Shown piece by piece: positions 51,691 to 63,901 of a DNA stretch of 64,000 nucleotides. The notes beneath the pieces were generated by a model. It worked only from the letters and a program-made list of their open reading frames with translations, was not told the origin of the DNA and did not search any database. The translations under genes were made by a program, and so were the position numbers. Numbering within the stretch: position 1 is the first letter of the stretch; each line of letters starts with the position of its first letter. Source of the stretch: Octopus bimaculoides (Eukaryota); the NCBI RefSeq assembly GCF_001194135.2, contig NC_068990.1:5154028-5218027 (forward strand), written 5' to 3'.

Positions 51691-53048
51691 TATAATTTCA
51701 TCATTCTGTTCCTTGTGTCATTACCAACTTTTCCTACAAGTTTCGTCAAATACCGTTCACAACTTTTTGAGTTATTTTGCACGCAGTCGGACAAACCGAC
51801 GCCGATGAATACATAACCTCCTTCCTTGGCAGAGGTAATAAGTGACTGATTATAAAAATAAGTACTGGGTAGATTTGATTGGCTAAAACTCTTCAGGGAG
51901 GTGGCTAAGGATGGCCACATTAAAGTAGCTGAAACAAGTAAAAGAATAAAAGTAAAAATAATTATTTGGAAACAGTATGTATGTAGAATCTGCTTTGTTT
52001 TGCTAGGGGAATTGTTTATTAAAGTTATGTAAAATGTCTTTCACATTTTCATTAGTAAGTAATAAACTTTGCTGCATTCATTTTTACTTTATGTTGTCAT
52101 GTCTAGGAAAATATCCTATTTTTCCTTCCCATAATTTAATATTTATGAAGAATGTGATATTTTGTTTTAAAATATGCATTTGCTTGAGAAACAGAATTGC
52201 ATATTTTTCTTTCAAACTGTTAAGTTTTACTGTTGAAGTTTGATACCTGAAAGAATTGATGGTACTTATAAAGAAAAGATATTTATAATTCGTGAGGAAA
52301 TACCATGATATTTGATCTTATTTGTTTGTACTTCAGTATTCCATAACTGAAAATGGAATTCAATTTCCAAAGTAAACATAAAATGACTGTTTCCATCTCT
52401 TTAAGTAATTTTGGGGTTGGTTCCCTTGGAAACGTTTTAGAAGCATTTCATCATAAAAACAAGCTTATTCTTTATTTATGTGTATCTGAATAGTGTTTGA
52501 AAAACGATATTTTTAAAGACCATTCATCTTTTATGACAAGTCTAGATCTTGCAATAAAATATTCTTTGGAAAAAAAAAAAACAAATCATATTTGGCCTTG
52601 AATTGTCAGCATTCTTTCAGTAATCGCTTTTTCATAAGTTTCTTCAGAAATATCCTGATCTTTTTATTTATTTATCTTCTAGAAGTTTTTTAAAATTATG
52701 ATTGTATATTTATAAGACTGTATTCAGAAAATGTGTTTGGTTCATGATCAATAGGTCATAAGTTCAATTTCTGGACCGTGTGCTGCATTGTGTCCTAGAG
52801 ACACTTCATTTCACATGGATCCAGTCTATTCAGCTTCATGAGCTCCAGTTAGATGCAGGTGCAGCCCTCTTTCTTTCCATCTGTTACATCCTTGGTGTTC
52901 CTTTGACTCAAGGAAGTAGATGCTGAGTGAGTGTCTTTGCCTGCATCTATGTAAGCCCTTAAATAATTATAAAAAGTATGGTGCATATTATCAAAAACTA
53001 TGCATGTATATGTATGTGTGTGCACATATATATATATACATACACACA

Positions 53049-53086
<38 letters not shown>

Positions 53087-53381
53087 TACACACCCACCCA
53101 CACACAAACACATACATATATGTAAATATGTTAAAATGCTGTGTCTGTCAATGATCAATCAATTCATTGTGATGTGATTCCTTTTTATATTGATTTCTAA
53201 CCCTGATGAAATATTCAATTAACTAGAAATGCATCTTAGTTTAAATTTTGTTATTTGAATTAATTGAGCATAGAAACAACTGTAGGTTGTAAGGATTTGA
53301 GCTTATTTGTAATTGGAGTTCTACTAATAAATTGATGTCTATCTCAATTTTCTATCTACTTTTCTCATATATATATATATA

Positions 53382-53600
53382 CAAGAAAGGGTGCTGAAAA
53401 ATTCCAGGTTTTAAGGGTGTCACGAAAGGCCTGTCTGGAAGCTCAACCTTTCAAGTTCTTTTACAGAGCTTAGAAAAATTGAAGGACTACTGCAATAAGT
53501 GTGTGAATCTGAGTGGGGAATAGTTGAATAAAATCATAATTAACTTAATCTTCCTGTATTTTTTTTTACCCTAAGTCAGGAACTTTTCAGTACCCTATCG
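53382..53600 (+). mobile_element. Mariner-derived MITE
   Basis: CAAGAAAGGGTGCTGAAAAATTCC ... GGAACTTTTCAGTACCCT; same family as 38890-39108. Confidence 0.88.
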
Positions 53601-53624
53601 TGTGTGTGTGTGTGAGAGTGTGGG

Positions 53625-54670
53625 TGTATTAGACAGGGTCCCCTGCTCCCTTATTTGGTGGTTTCTGTGGAAGCTAGGGATAGATGAGTGGTTAGTGAGA
53701 GCAGTACAAGCCATGTACAGGGATGCTGCAAGTAAGGTGAAGGTTGGCAACGAGTACAGCAATGAATTCCGTGTACAAGTAAGAATTCATCAAGGTTCGG
53801 TTCTCAGGCCCCTCTTATTTATCTTAGTCTTCTAGGCCTTAAAGGAATTCAAGACTGGCTGTCCCTGGGAGCTCCTCTATGTTGATGACCTTGCTTTTGT
53901 AGCTGAATCACTATCTGACCAGGGAAGAAATTTCAGGTGTGGAAACAAGGCCTGGAATCTAAACGCCTTAGTGTTAGTTTAGCAAAAACCAAAGTCCTAT
54001 TAAGTAGGAAAACAAACAACTCACAAGTCTCTTCTGGGAGATGGCCCTGCTTGATATGCAAGAAGGATGCTGGTAGAAACTCCATATATTGTGGCTCCAT
54101 ATATAAGGTGGTGGGCTGGCAGAAACGTTAGCACACTGGGCAAAATGCTTAGCGGTATTTTGTCTACCATTACATTCTGAGTTCAAATTCTGCCAAGGTC
54201 GATTTTGCCTTTCATCCTTTCGGGGTCGATAAATTAAGTACCAGTTACACACTGGGATCGATGTAATCGACTTAATCCCTTTATCTGTCCTTGTTTGTTC
54301 CCTCTATGTTTAGCCCCTTGTGGGCAATAAAGAAATAAGAAACTCCATATATTGTACCCAGTGCAAGATTTGGGCACATAAGAAGTGTAGTGGTATCACA
54401 GAAAAGTTAATGGAAAATATAGTCTTTGTGTTTGGCAAATGTGCAGGTACAATAAGCACTAAAATTGTGCAGACAACACACTCCCTCAAATGCTCAGGAG
54501 ACAAAATTAGCAGTGGTAGAGGGAGTTCTGAAAGTGTAGATGCTAGAATAAGAACAGGCTGGGCAAAGTTCATCGAACTTCTACCATTGTTGGTAACTAA
54601 GGGCCTCTCACTCAGAGTGAAAGGCAGGTTGTACATACAGCAGCACATACATGGCAGTGAAACATGTGCT
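53625..54670 (+). mobile_element. RTE-clade LINE remnant (RT domain), interrupted by a SINE
   Basis: DRVPCSLIWW..KLGIDEWLVRAVQAMY...HQGSVLRPLLF...CPWELLYVDDL (YADD-like)...TKVL...WPCLIC...CTQCKIWAHKKCSG...RIRTGWAKF.ELLPLL...KGRLY. Confidence 0.92.
54107..54340 (+). mobile_element. Full-length young SINE family C inserted in the RTE
   Basis: 18-bp duplication AGAAACTCCATATATTGT at 54075-54092 and 54338-54355; CpGs retained. Confidence 0.93.
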
Positions 54671-55579
54671 ATATATGTGTGTGTGTGTGTGTGTGTTGAG
54701 GAAAAGGACATCTGAACATAACTGAATAGTGGAAAGATCAGAACTTTTCATATTGTATTGGGATATAAAAGATGGATTAAACATCTGGAAAATAAAATTG
54801 TCATTATTTTAGATTTAACTCATGTCAGAAATCTAAATACAATAATATATACAGTTTGTTGTAAGATTTTATAGAGATATAATTCAGTAATATCTTAAAC
54901 AATGTTGAGGATAATCAATTTAAATCTCCTTTATTTGAGAAGTGGACAAGTTATGTTAAATCTCGAGGTCACCTTCAATCAGTGCATTAGCAAAGTGAAC
55001 CAGGATGTCATCCATAAAACTGATGCAACTAAAATATGATTCAAGCTGGTGTATGTGAGATACTTGGAAATATGTAAAGAAAAAGAAATGAGAGAGAGAG
55101 ATGTGAAGAGAAAGGAAACTGAGGTGGATGATGTGAAAGTAAATGCAGCTATCAAAGAAGGTTTCAGGTATATTTTAGATTCAGAAGAAAAGCTTTCAAT
55201 ATCTCAGAGTAGCTCCTGCAGTTTCTGCATGGAGCAAAGTATATCCAATATTTATTTCACCTTCCTATTTTACAGAATCTAATTTCTGCAATGATCATTA
55301 TGAATGGCTGCGCTATATTATAAAACAATATCAATTTATCTTAAGCTAAATACAATGAGTACTCAATTACAAAACCTAAGCAGAATAGCAGAGTTTAGGA
55401 TTAAATGTTTTGAGCCTTATTTGTCTCAATCTTCTATGTCATAAGGACAAACTATAAAAACTTATATTAGGAAGTCACTACTTCTTTGATATATAACTTG
55501 GTGCTTACATTATTAAATGCTAATATTGATGTTTTTCTCTTCCTCTCTGAGATAAGCTATCTGTTAATTTTATATATAT

Positions 55580-56240
55580 ATACTCTATATACTACTAAAA
55601 CTCTGTGATTGCTCGCTTGCATTCTTGCGTGTAATTTAATACAGCCAGACCAGTGCATAATGGGGAAAATACTCTCAAAGGGAGAGAGTGGAAGGGAGAA
55701 GGTGGGTAGGAGTGAGGAGAGGAAGTAGGTGTCAGACCAAGAGAGGAGAGGAGAGGAGAGTTGAGCCCATGTGGTGCAAAGGAGCGAAGAGGGAACATTA
55801 ATTCCTGTTCATGGTGAAGACAGTAGTCCGGATGGCCCCTGTACAAGGACAATCTGAATGCAGACAGATGTTGTAAAGAATGACCGGTAAGCAGAGGTTG
55901 TGTGATATATATATATGGCCTTCCATTAACCTTTCTTTACTCATTTTCAAAAAAAAACTCGTTTCTCAGTTGCTGCTTACATCAACGCCTCATCCCCAAA
56001 GGTTTCTGCCTCCATTTCCAGCCCACTCTGCACTCTGCTACAACCATCCATTCGCCATGATAGATCGCTAACCACTACACACGTTTGTTTTCTCTCCTTG
56101 TTTCTGTGTGTTCCTTTCTGTGGAAGAGCATAGGCTTGAAACATTAAAAACTTTTTCAATTCCTGAGCATTATACTAATACATCTGTTCATTTTCTACAC
56201 CACTTGTCTTCATCTTTTGTTTTTTTGTGAATTCTTCCTA
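55580..56240. mobile_element. Penelope-like element (PLE) remnant in two oppositely oriented halves
   Basis: Minus 55757-55895 reads TGHSLQHLSAF.L.LYRG..D...HEQELMFPLRSFAPHGLN (GIY-YIG C-terminal pattern). Plus 55940-56240 reads FLSCCL.QRLIPKGFCLHF and carries a GAAGAGC..AGGCT.GAAAC motif before (TA)n. Confidence 0.7.
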
Positions 56241-56271
56241 TATATATATATATACATATATATATACATAT

Positions 56272-56329
<58 letters not shown>

Positions 56330-56534
56330 CAGCTTCTTTTCAGATAATGTGAAACTCAGATATTCTAGAGTCTCTAATGAAAGCACTTAATTATTCTTTA
56401 AGATATCTGCTTACAGAAATACATCAATTAATATATCGATATCATCATGATGCAAGCCTGTTAATTACTTTGAAAATGAATGAAAAGATATTTGTTAATG
56501 TACAACTTAAATAAACTTCTATATAATTTATTTA

Positions 56535-56920
56535 GGCACAGCAGTATGGTAAAAATTTTGCTTCCCAATCACATGGTTCCAACTTCAGTTACACTTTGTG
56601 ACGCCTTGCATCATTGTCTTCTACTATAGGCTTGGACCAACCAAATCCTTGTGAGTGGATTTGGTAAACAGAAAGGGAAAGAAGACTGTTGTAGATATAT
56701 ATATACTATGTGAGTGTGTCCTTGTGCTTGTGTTTGTCCCCCATCACTGCTTGAGAACCAGTGTCGGTTTGTTTACATCCCTGTAAGTTAGTGGTTCAGC
56801 AGATGAAACAGCACCAGTCTTGAGAAAATAGGTTCTGTGGCCAATTCCTTTGACTAAAATCTTTCAAGGTGGTGTCTAAGCTAGTCATACTCCCGTTGCT
56901 GAAACAAACAAAAGGTGAAA
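56535..56920 (+). mobile_element. SINE family A (decayed)
   Basis: TGCTTCCCAATCACATGGTTCC...CCTTGTGAGTGGATTTGG...GTTTGTCCCCC...GCTGAAACAAACAAAAG. Confidence 0.8.
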
Positions 56921-59216
56921 GGCAATTTAAGGATGTAGGTATCACTGTGCATTTTTAATGGCAAGAATGGGAAGGATGAATCTTCTGGGATGCAAAGAAT
57001 TTCATTTGAAGAGAGTCACTCTTTTTATTTTATTTATTTATATATTTTTCCATACAGCTTTTAACTGTGAAATTCATCTGGCAAAGTATGAAAGTCTATG
57101 GTAAAAGACTCTTGCTCAGGATTCTGTATTGTGAGAATGAACTCAGAACCAAGTGAATGTGAAGCAAACTTTTTAACCATTTGACCATCATTCCGGTACC
57201 CATTTATTTTGAATTATTTACGACTGAAGGCAATAACTAGAACATTAAAGATTGAGAATAGCGAGCATGAAAGAGCTGGTGTTCTTTACATGGAATGCAA
57301 TTGCAACTTTGATATGGCAATAAGTCTGTATGAAACGGGAATGGCAATGCAAACTTTCTATTATAAGCTGAACTGATTAGAAAGAACATTCAGTTGTATA
57401 ATCGTGAAGGTAAAGAACAATGAATGCATTAGATTGAATCTTACAGAAATAAACAGAAAAAAAAGTCCCATAACTCTTAATGATGAATCATTGTGTTAAC
57501 AAAAGATTTTACTTCATGCAGTCAGTTGAGGGCAAGTCGGTCAACCAGAATCCATTCCTTTTTATGTTATTCACTTGCTAAAATCATACATAGAAAGAGT
57601 AATTAAAAGGGAATGTGCAGTTTCAGCTCATTGGAGTTTTACCATCATTCTGTGATATTGAAACGAACAGAGCAACTCAATAAAAGAGTAAATGATGGTG
57701 TAAAGGAAAATAAATATGCAGTTTTAGATCATCTATTGCTTTCTATCATTCTATGGTATTGAAAAACGACAGTTATGACAGAGTAACAAAATTATTATGT
57801 TATCCTAAAAAGTGGATGGCTACCATGACTGACAGAGAAATATAAATAAATTCATTCAGTTATTTGTTTTACATTCATTTTTCCTTACTAGTTCGGGTTA
57901 GATGAATGCATATTATTGAGGTATTGTTTTACAGCTGGATGCCCTTCCTGTCACCTATTTTTCAAATCAGGTGGTTTTATTTCACATGTCTTCAATAGCA
58001 CAGTAAAAGTGAACAACATGTTGATAGAAAATGGCAATAAATGTCACCATTTGTTACAGTACTTTACATGCAAAGGATAGATTGTAATTGCTCACACACA
58101 CACAGATACACGTATGTTTGCATATAATATGTGTATGTATATGAGGGCTTCAGATTCACTCACAAGGGATCAAGTGGCATTGTGCTACAGTAGAAGATAG
58201 TTACAAGAGATGCCATGTAATAGGACTGAACTTGAAACCACTTGAGTGAAAAGTGAACTCTTTAACAACAGAATTATGTCTGCTCCTACTCAAATAAAGT
58301 AATAGTAAATAAATAATAATTTTCCAGTTTCAATTTTTCAGTTGGGGCAGGGTTAAAGAGGCTGAGTTATTAAAAACAAAGCATCTTTTTTTAATTTTCT
58401 TATTCATCAGAACCACAAGGGTAGAAAATTCAAAGATTAAGGCACAGGACTACTAACTGCTTTAATCATAGTTTTGTCTCCTAGGATGATATACATAACT
58501 CAACTTATCTCTGTAAGCTCAACAAGCTCCATTTTTATTTCCAGTTACTGTAATTAACTAACCACTGAAGTTAAATATCCAAAGTTGAATGCAGGCATTC
58601 TACCCATTCTTGAATAGAGAAATGAATCTAATGGATCTAAATCTAAAACAAACAAAAATTCTATTAAATTGTCAACTAGTCTTATATTATAATTCTAATA
58701 AACCTCCAGGATGCATTATAGAATTGTAATGCTCTTATATTGCTCTTGACATGTTTTGAATATTCTTAAAATATTAGGTATACCTGAAAAGATTAACATT
58801 TCTATTTCTCTTTCTTGTCTTTCCTTTAACTAACTCACTGCTAAAGCTACTCTCATGGGATCGTAGATAATCAAACTGACTGACTTGCAGATAACTGACT
58901 GGATGAGAGATTGGCAGTTTGTTATCTTGTCAACAGCACTGCATTGTGTTTTGGGGCCAAGACACTTAACTCTCATTTGGTTAACTCCATTTCATAGTAA
59001 AGAGGTAACAAAAATGCTGTGTTTCACTATTGTCAGGAAGCAGCAACGCTGGAAAACTTTGTAGTTCTCTTCAACTCCTCCCATGGATATAGCCTACAAA
59101 AAGTTTGGATTTGCTGTCTAACTTGGTATAATTATGCATGAAGAAAAATCAATTGATAGTGTACCAACGAACCAAAGAATCATGAAATGAAGAAAAATTA
59201 ATCGATAGTGTAGTAT

Positions 59217-59387
59217 AGGCATAGGAGTGGCTGTGTGGTAAGTAGCTTGCTTACCAACCACATGGTTCCGGGTTCAGTCCTACTGCGTGTCAACTTGGGC
59301 AAGTGTCTTCTACTATAGCCTCAGGCCGACCAAAGCCTTGTGAGTGGATTTGGTAGATGGAAACTGAAAGAAGCCCATCGTATATAT
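59217..59387 (+). mobile_element. SINE family A 5' half (runs into a gap)
   Basis: AGGCATAGGAGTGGCTGTGTGGTAAG...GGTTCAGTCC...GAAGCCCATCG(TA)n. Confidence 0.9.
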
Positions 59388-60442
59388 NNNNNNNNNNNNN
59401 NNNNNNNNNNNNNNNNNNNNNNNNNNNNNNNNNNNNNNNNNNNNNNNNNNNNNNNNNNNNNNNNNNNNNNNNNNNNNNNNNNNNNNNNNNNNNNNNNNNN
59501 NNNNNNNNNNNNNNNNNNNNNNNNNNNNNNNNNNNNNNNNNNNNNNNNNNNNNNNNNNNNNNNNNNNNNNNNNNNNNNNNNNNNNNNNNNNNNNNNNNNN
59601 NNNNNNNNNNNNNNNNNNNNNNNNNNNNNNNNNNNNNNNNNNNNNNNNNNNNNNNNNNNNNNNNNNNNNNNNNNNNNNNNNNNNNNNNNNNNNNNNNNNN
59701 NNNNNNNNNNNNNNNNNNNNNNNNNNNNNNNNNNNNNNNNNNNNNNNNNNNNNNNNNNNNNNNNNNNNNNNNNNNNNNNNNNNNNNNNNNNNNNNNNNNN
59801 NNNNNNNNNNNNNNNNNNNNNNNNNNNNNNNNNNNNNNNNNNNNNNNNNNNNNNNNNNNNNNNNNNNNNNNNNNNNNNNNNNNNNNNNNNNNNNNNNNNN
59901 NNNNNNNNNNNNNNNNNNNNNNNNNNNNNNNNNNNNNNNNNNNNNNNNNNNNNNNNNNNNNNNNNNNNNNNNNNNNNNNNNNNNNNNNNNNNNNNNNNNN
60001 NNNNNNNNNNNNNNNNNNNNNNNNNNNNNNNNNNNNNNNNNNNNNNNNNNNNNNNNNNNNNNNNNNNNNNNNNNNNNNNNNNNNNNNNNNNNNNNNNNNN
60101 NNNNNNNNNNNNNNNNNNNNNNNNNNNNNNNNNNNNNNNNNNNNNNNNNNNNNNNNNNNNNNNNNNNNNNNNNNNNNNNNNNNNNNNNNNNNNNNNNNNN
60201 NNNNNNNNNNNNNNNNNNNNNNNNNNNNNNNNNNNNNNNNNNNNNNNNNNNNNNNNNNNNNNNNNNNNNNNNNNNNNNNNNNNNNNNNNNNNNNNNNNNN
60301 NNNNNNNNNNNNNNNNNNNNNNNNNNNNNNNNNNNNNNNNNATACAGTGCGTGTGTTTTTATTGGCTAAACTGGCAATATGACCATCCCCAAGTACAACA
60401 ACATCTGTTTCAACACACGATTTCACATAAAAAATCTTGCAA

Positions 60443-60502
<60 letters not shown>

Positions 60503-60812
60503 CATATATACTGGAGTAAGCACATAAATGCAAAACAGGGTGGAAAAAATAGTACTCGAATACCAGAGGTAGAGCAATATGTTAAAAAGCAGGAGAAATA
60601 TCACAAGAACTGTTACACAGAGTTTCACATTCGTCAGACAGTTTTGTTTAAACAAAACTGTCTGAAGAACAGGAATGGAAAACTCTGAGTAACAATGTTT
60701 GTGATATTTCTGCTGCTTTTTAATAAAGTATATATATATATATGTATATATACTTAATTATATATATATAATATATATACTTAATTATANNNNNNNNNNA
60801 TGTCATAATTAA

Positions 60813-60892
60813 GGACAAACAGTAAAAGGTTGTCATTATAGTACTCGGTGTTTCAAATGTCAGAGCAAAGAGCTAAGATACATTCTCATTGG
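60813..60892 (-). mobile_element. Single arm of the hammerhead-like family seen at 51143-51286
   Basis: GGACAA.CAGT...TTGTCAT.ATA.TACTC.G.GTTTC..AT...ACAT.CTCAT aligns with the 51143 arm. Confidence 0.6.
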
Positions 60893-61814
60893 TTGTTAAT
60901 AGTCAACCCATGCCAGCATGGAAAACGGACGTTAAATGATGATGATGTGAGTATTTACGCATCTTTCTTCACTATCCAGAGATAAGTTGACAATCACTTC
61001 ATGTTACAATCACTTCATGTTACCAAACAATGTGAGTGAGCTGAGACAAACTGGAATCAGCTCATAGCTAATTATAAGAATATTGATAGAGCTCAGTACA
61101 CAACCAATACTTCAGATTATCAAAGGCTTTGTGTCTCACTTAGCTAATGTTTAGATAGAGTCTACTTCATCTTTCTCTAAGTTAATAAAATAAGTGTTAG
61201 TAAAGTAATTACAGCATGAAAAACACCTATTAGCCGTTCAAAAAATGACAAAAATACTAACTTATTCAAACATTCATCATCTGGTGTCAACATTTTTATC
61301 ACAAGAATTTCAACCTGATTTGAATGGCTAATATATCTTCCACACTGTTTCAAGATACAGTCTCAGATTAAATCACATGCCAGATGCGTATATCTCTGAA
61401 ACCTTAGTAAAGTATTCAACATACTCTATCCGCTTAATATTAGGATTATCTAAAACAAAATATTTATCCATAAAAAGAACTTAACATATACATACCTATT
61501 TAAAATAGGATTGCCTAAATCAGTAAGAGATCGAAATATTTATATCATAAATAAATTTTGCTGTGGTTATTATTGTTTCTACTATTAATTTCTAATAGAA
61601 GCATAAAACTACAGAAGGTCCTCATTAGCAATCAGATTTTTCTAGAGATACACATATTAGACATGGTCAAAAGTTTTGCTTACTTTGAGAGAAGTAATAC
61701 TTATCAAATCTAAAGTTTTCCAGGGATGCTTTTGATCACAGGTCTGTTTTATTAGAGCAAACATTGAGATTAGCAACAATAATAACTATTAATATTTTGT
61801 TTGATAAGAAGGTG

Positions 61815-62020
61815 TCAAGAATCATTAGCATGCCAGGCAAAACGGTTAGCAACATATCATCCATCTTTATGTTCTGAGTTTAAATTCCATTGAGGTCAAC
61901 TTTGCCTTGCATCCTTTTGGGATCAATAAAATAAGTACCAATTGAACATTGAAGTTGATGTAATAGATTTAACTCCTCCCCCAAAATTGCTGGTTTTGTG
62001 CCCAAAATTTGAAACTAATG
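61815..62020 (+). mobile_element. SINE family C (decayed)
   Basis: GAATCATTAGCATGCCAGGCAAAA...TTCTGAGTTTAAATTCC..GAGGTCAACTTTGCCTT.CATCC. Confidence 0.75.
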
Positions 62021-63059
62021 TTTTGTCTGATAATCATAGACACAGATAATACCAATATATAACTGATGCATATTCAATTCATTGCAGATATATAGATTTA
62101 CTGAAATATTATTTTGAATTCAGATTATTAATATACCAAACAAGACACAGTAAAATATCTATTCAAACATTTTCTCATTCTGAACATCCTGCTGCATGGC
62201 ATGACTTAATGTTTCCTAAATGTTCCAGAAATTTAGTTGATAAAGGGCTATGGGAAGTTGTGATGCTCGTTAATTTCCCAAAGGCATCATCAGCTTAAAC
62301 AACCCTTTTAATACTAAACTGTCCATATTAAAGTATTTATATTTAAGGTTCTGATTCGTTGCACTTTAAGTTTAATGTTTTGAGTGGGAAAGTGGATATA
62401 TCCACTCAAAATTTTATTGCCATTAACTGTGGAAAGTAGTTTAACCCCAGGGCTTTGAAAAAGAACAACAAAACAAATCTCAAGTAACACTTTTTACAAA
62501 AGACTGTTTTTCAGATTTTCTGAAATTTTTTCCCGTATTTCATCAAATATCTCTTTACTGAGCAAGAATAAAATAATTTTAGCAGTGGATATGAAAACCG
62601 TACCTACAGGAGATCCTAAAAACATATTGCAGAAGCAAAGAATATCAATTCTATTTTTGGGTGGATAATTAGCACCATTATGGGAATGACTATGAAATTT
62701 AATTATGCAGTCAGTGTTAAATCCCATCAAAGTTGACTTTGCTTTCATCCTTTCAGGATTAATGAAATAATCAAAAACGTACCAATCCCGAGTGGTGATT
62801 AGTGGAACTATCTAATAAACACTGGGTCAGATACCTTGCATTATTGGTTTTTACACTTGGTATTCTCAGTTCAAATCCTTCCATGGCTTATTTGAGTGGT
62901 AGACTTCCACTGTCGTCTAGGTTAATACTGTTACCTTACCCTTGAGTGCTTTTTAGTGGAACCCACTCTGATGCAAGCATTTGGGGCAGGTTTCCAGTTT
63001 AAACCAACATCCTCTATCCCAATGATCTCAGAGGCCCTGTAAAGAGTCATGAAGATTGT

Positions 63060-63478
63060 TTTCTCTTTTGTCTTTTACTTGTTTCAGTCATTGGACTGTG
63101 GCCATGCTGGGGCACCACCTTGAAGCATTTAGTCAATTAAACTGACCCCCAATACTTATCTTTAAGCCTGATACTTATTCTATGAGACACTTTGGTCACT
63201 TTAGCTGAACCACTAGGTTACAGGGATGTAAACAAAACCAACAGTGGTTGTCAAGCAGTAGATGGGGGACAGACACACACAAAACAAACACATACGCAAA
63301 CACACACATATGATGTACTATAATGACACAGTTTCCATCTAACAAATTCACTTGCAAGGCATTGGCTGGCCTGGGGCTATAATAGAGCACACTTGACTAA
63401 AGTGCTGTGCAGTGGGACTGAACCCGAAACCGTGTGTTTGCAAAATAAGCTTTTTAATCACACAACTACACCTGTGCC
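63060..63478 (-). mobile_element. SINE family A
   Basis: CTTTTACTTGTTTCAGTCATTGGACTGTGGCCATGCTGGGGCACC...GCAGTGGGACTGAACCCGAAACC. Confidence 0.85.
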
Positions 63479-63901
63479 TTTCTGAATAAAAAAATATTTA
63501 AAAAAAGTAAACTTTCAGCTGAGATTTGAGTTAGTCAAGAGTTAGTCAACACCAATATAATATAATGTTACAAAATGTTTTACTAAACCCTTCCAAAATC
63601 TTATTATAAACGAAAATTAATGCAAACTTAGACAGTCTACTTGGAAGAATTATCAGGAAAGAAGTTAAATGAAGTGATTTGGCTTCAACTTGGAATTGCA
63701 ACTATATAACATCTCCGTTTACTTAAATATATAAATGTCTGAATGTCTGACATGAGTTGTTGCTAAGAAGATTATAATTTGTTTTTGTTTGCTTTTTTTT
63801 TTTTGGACGGATTAATATTGATGAATGTTTCATCTCTATAGATGACGTTAATAGTCCAAAAAATTATAATCTTATTTCTGTGTACAGTACTGTAAGCTTA
63901 C

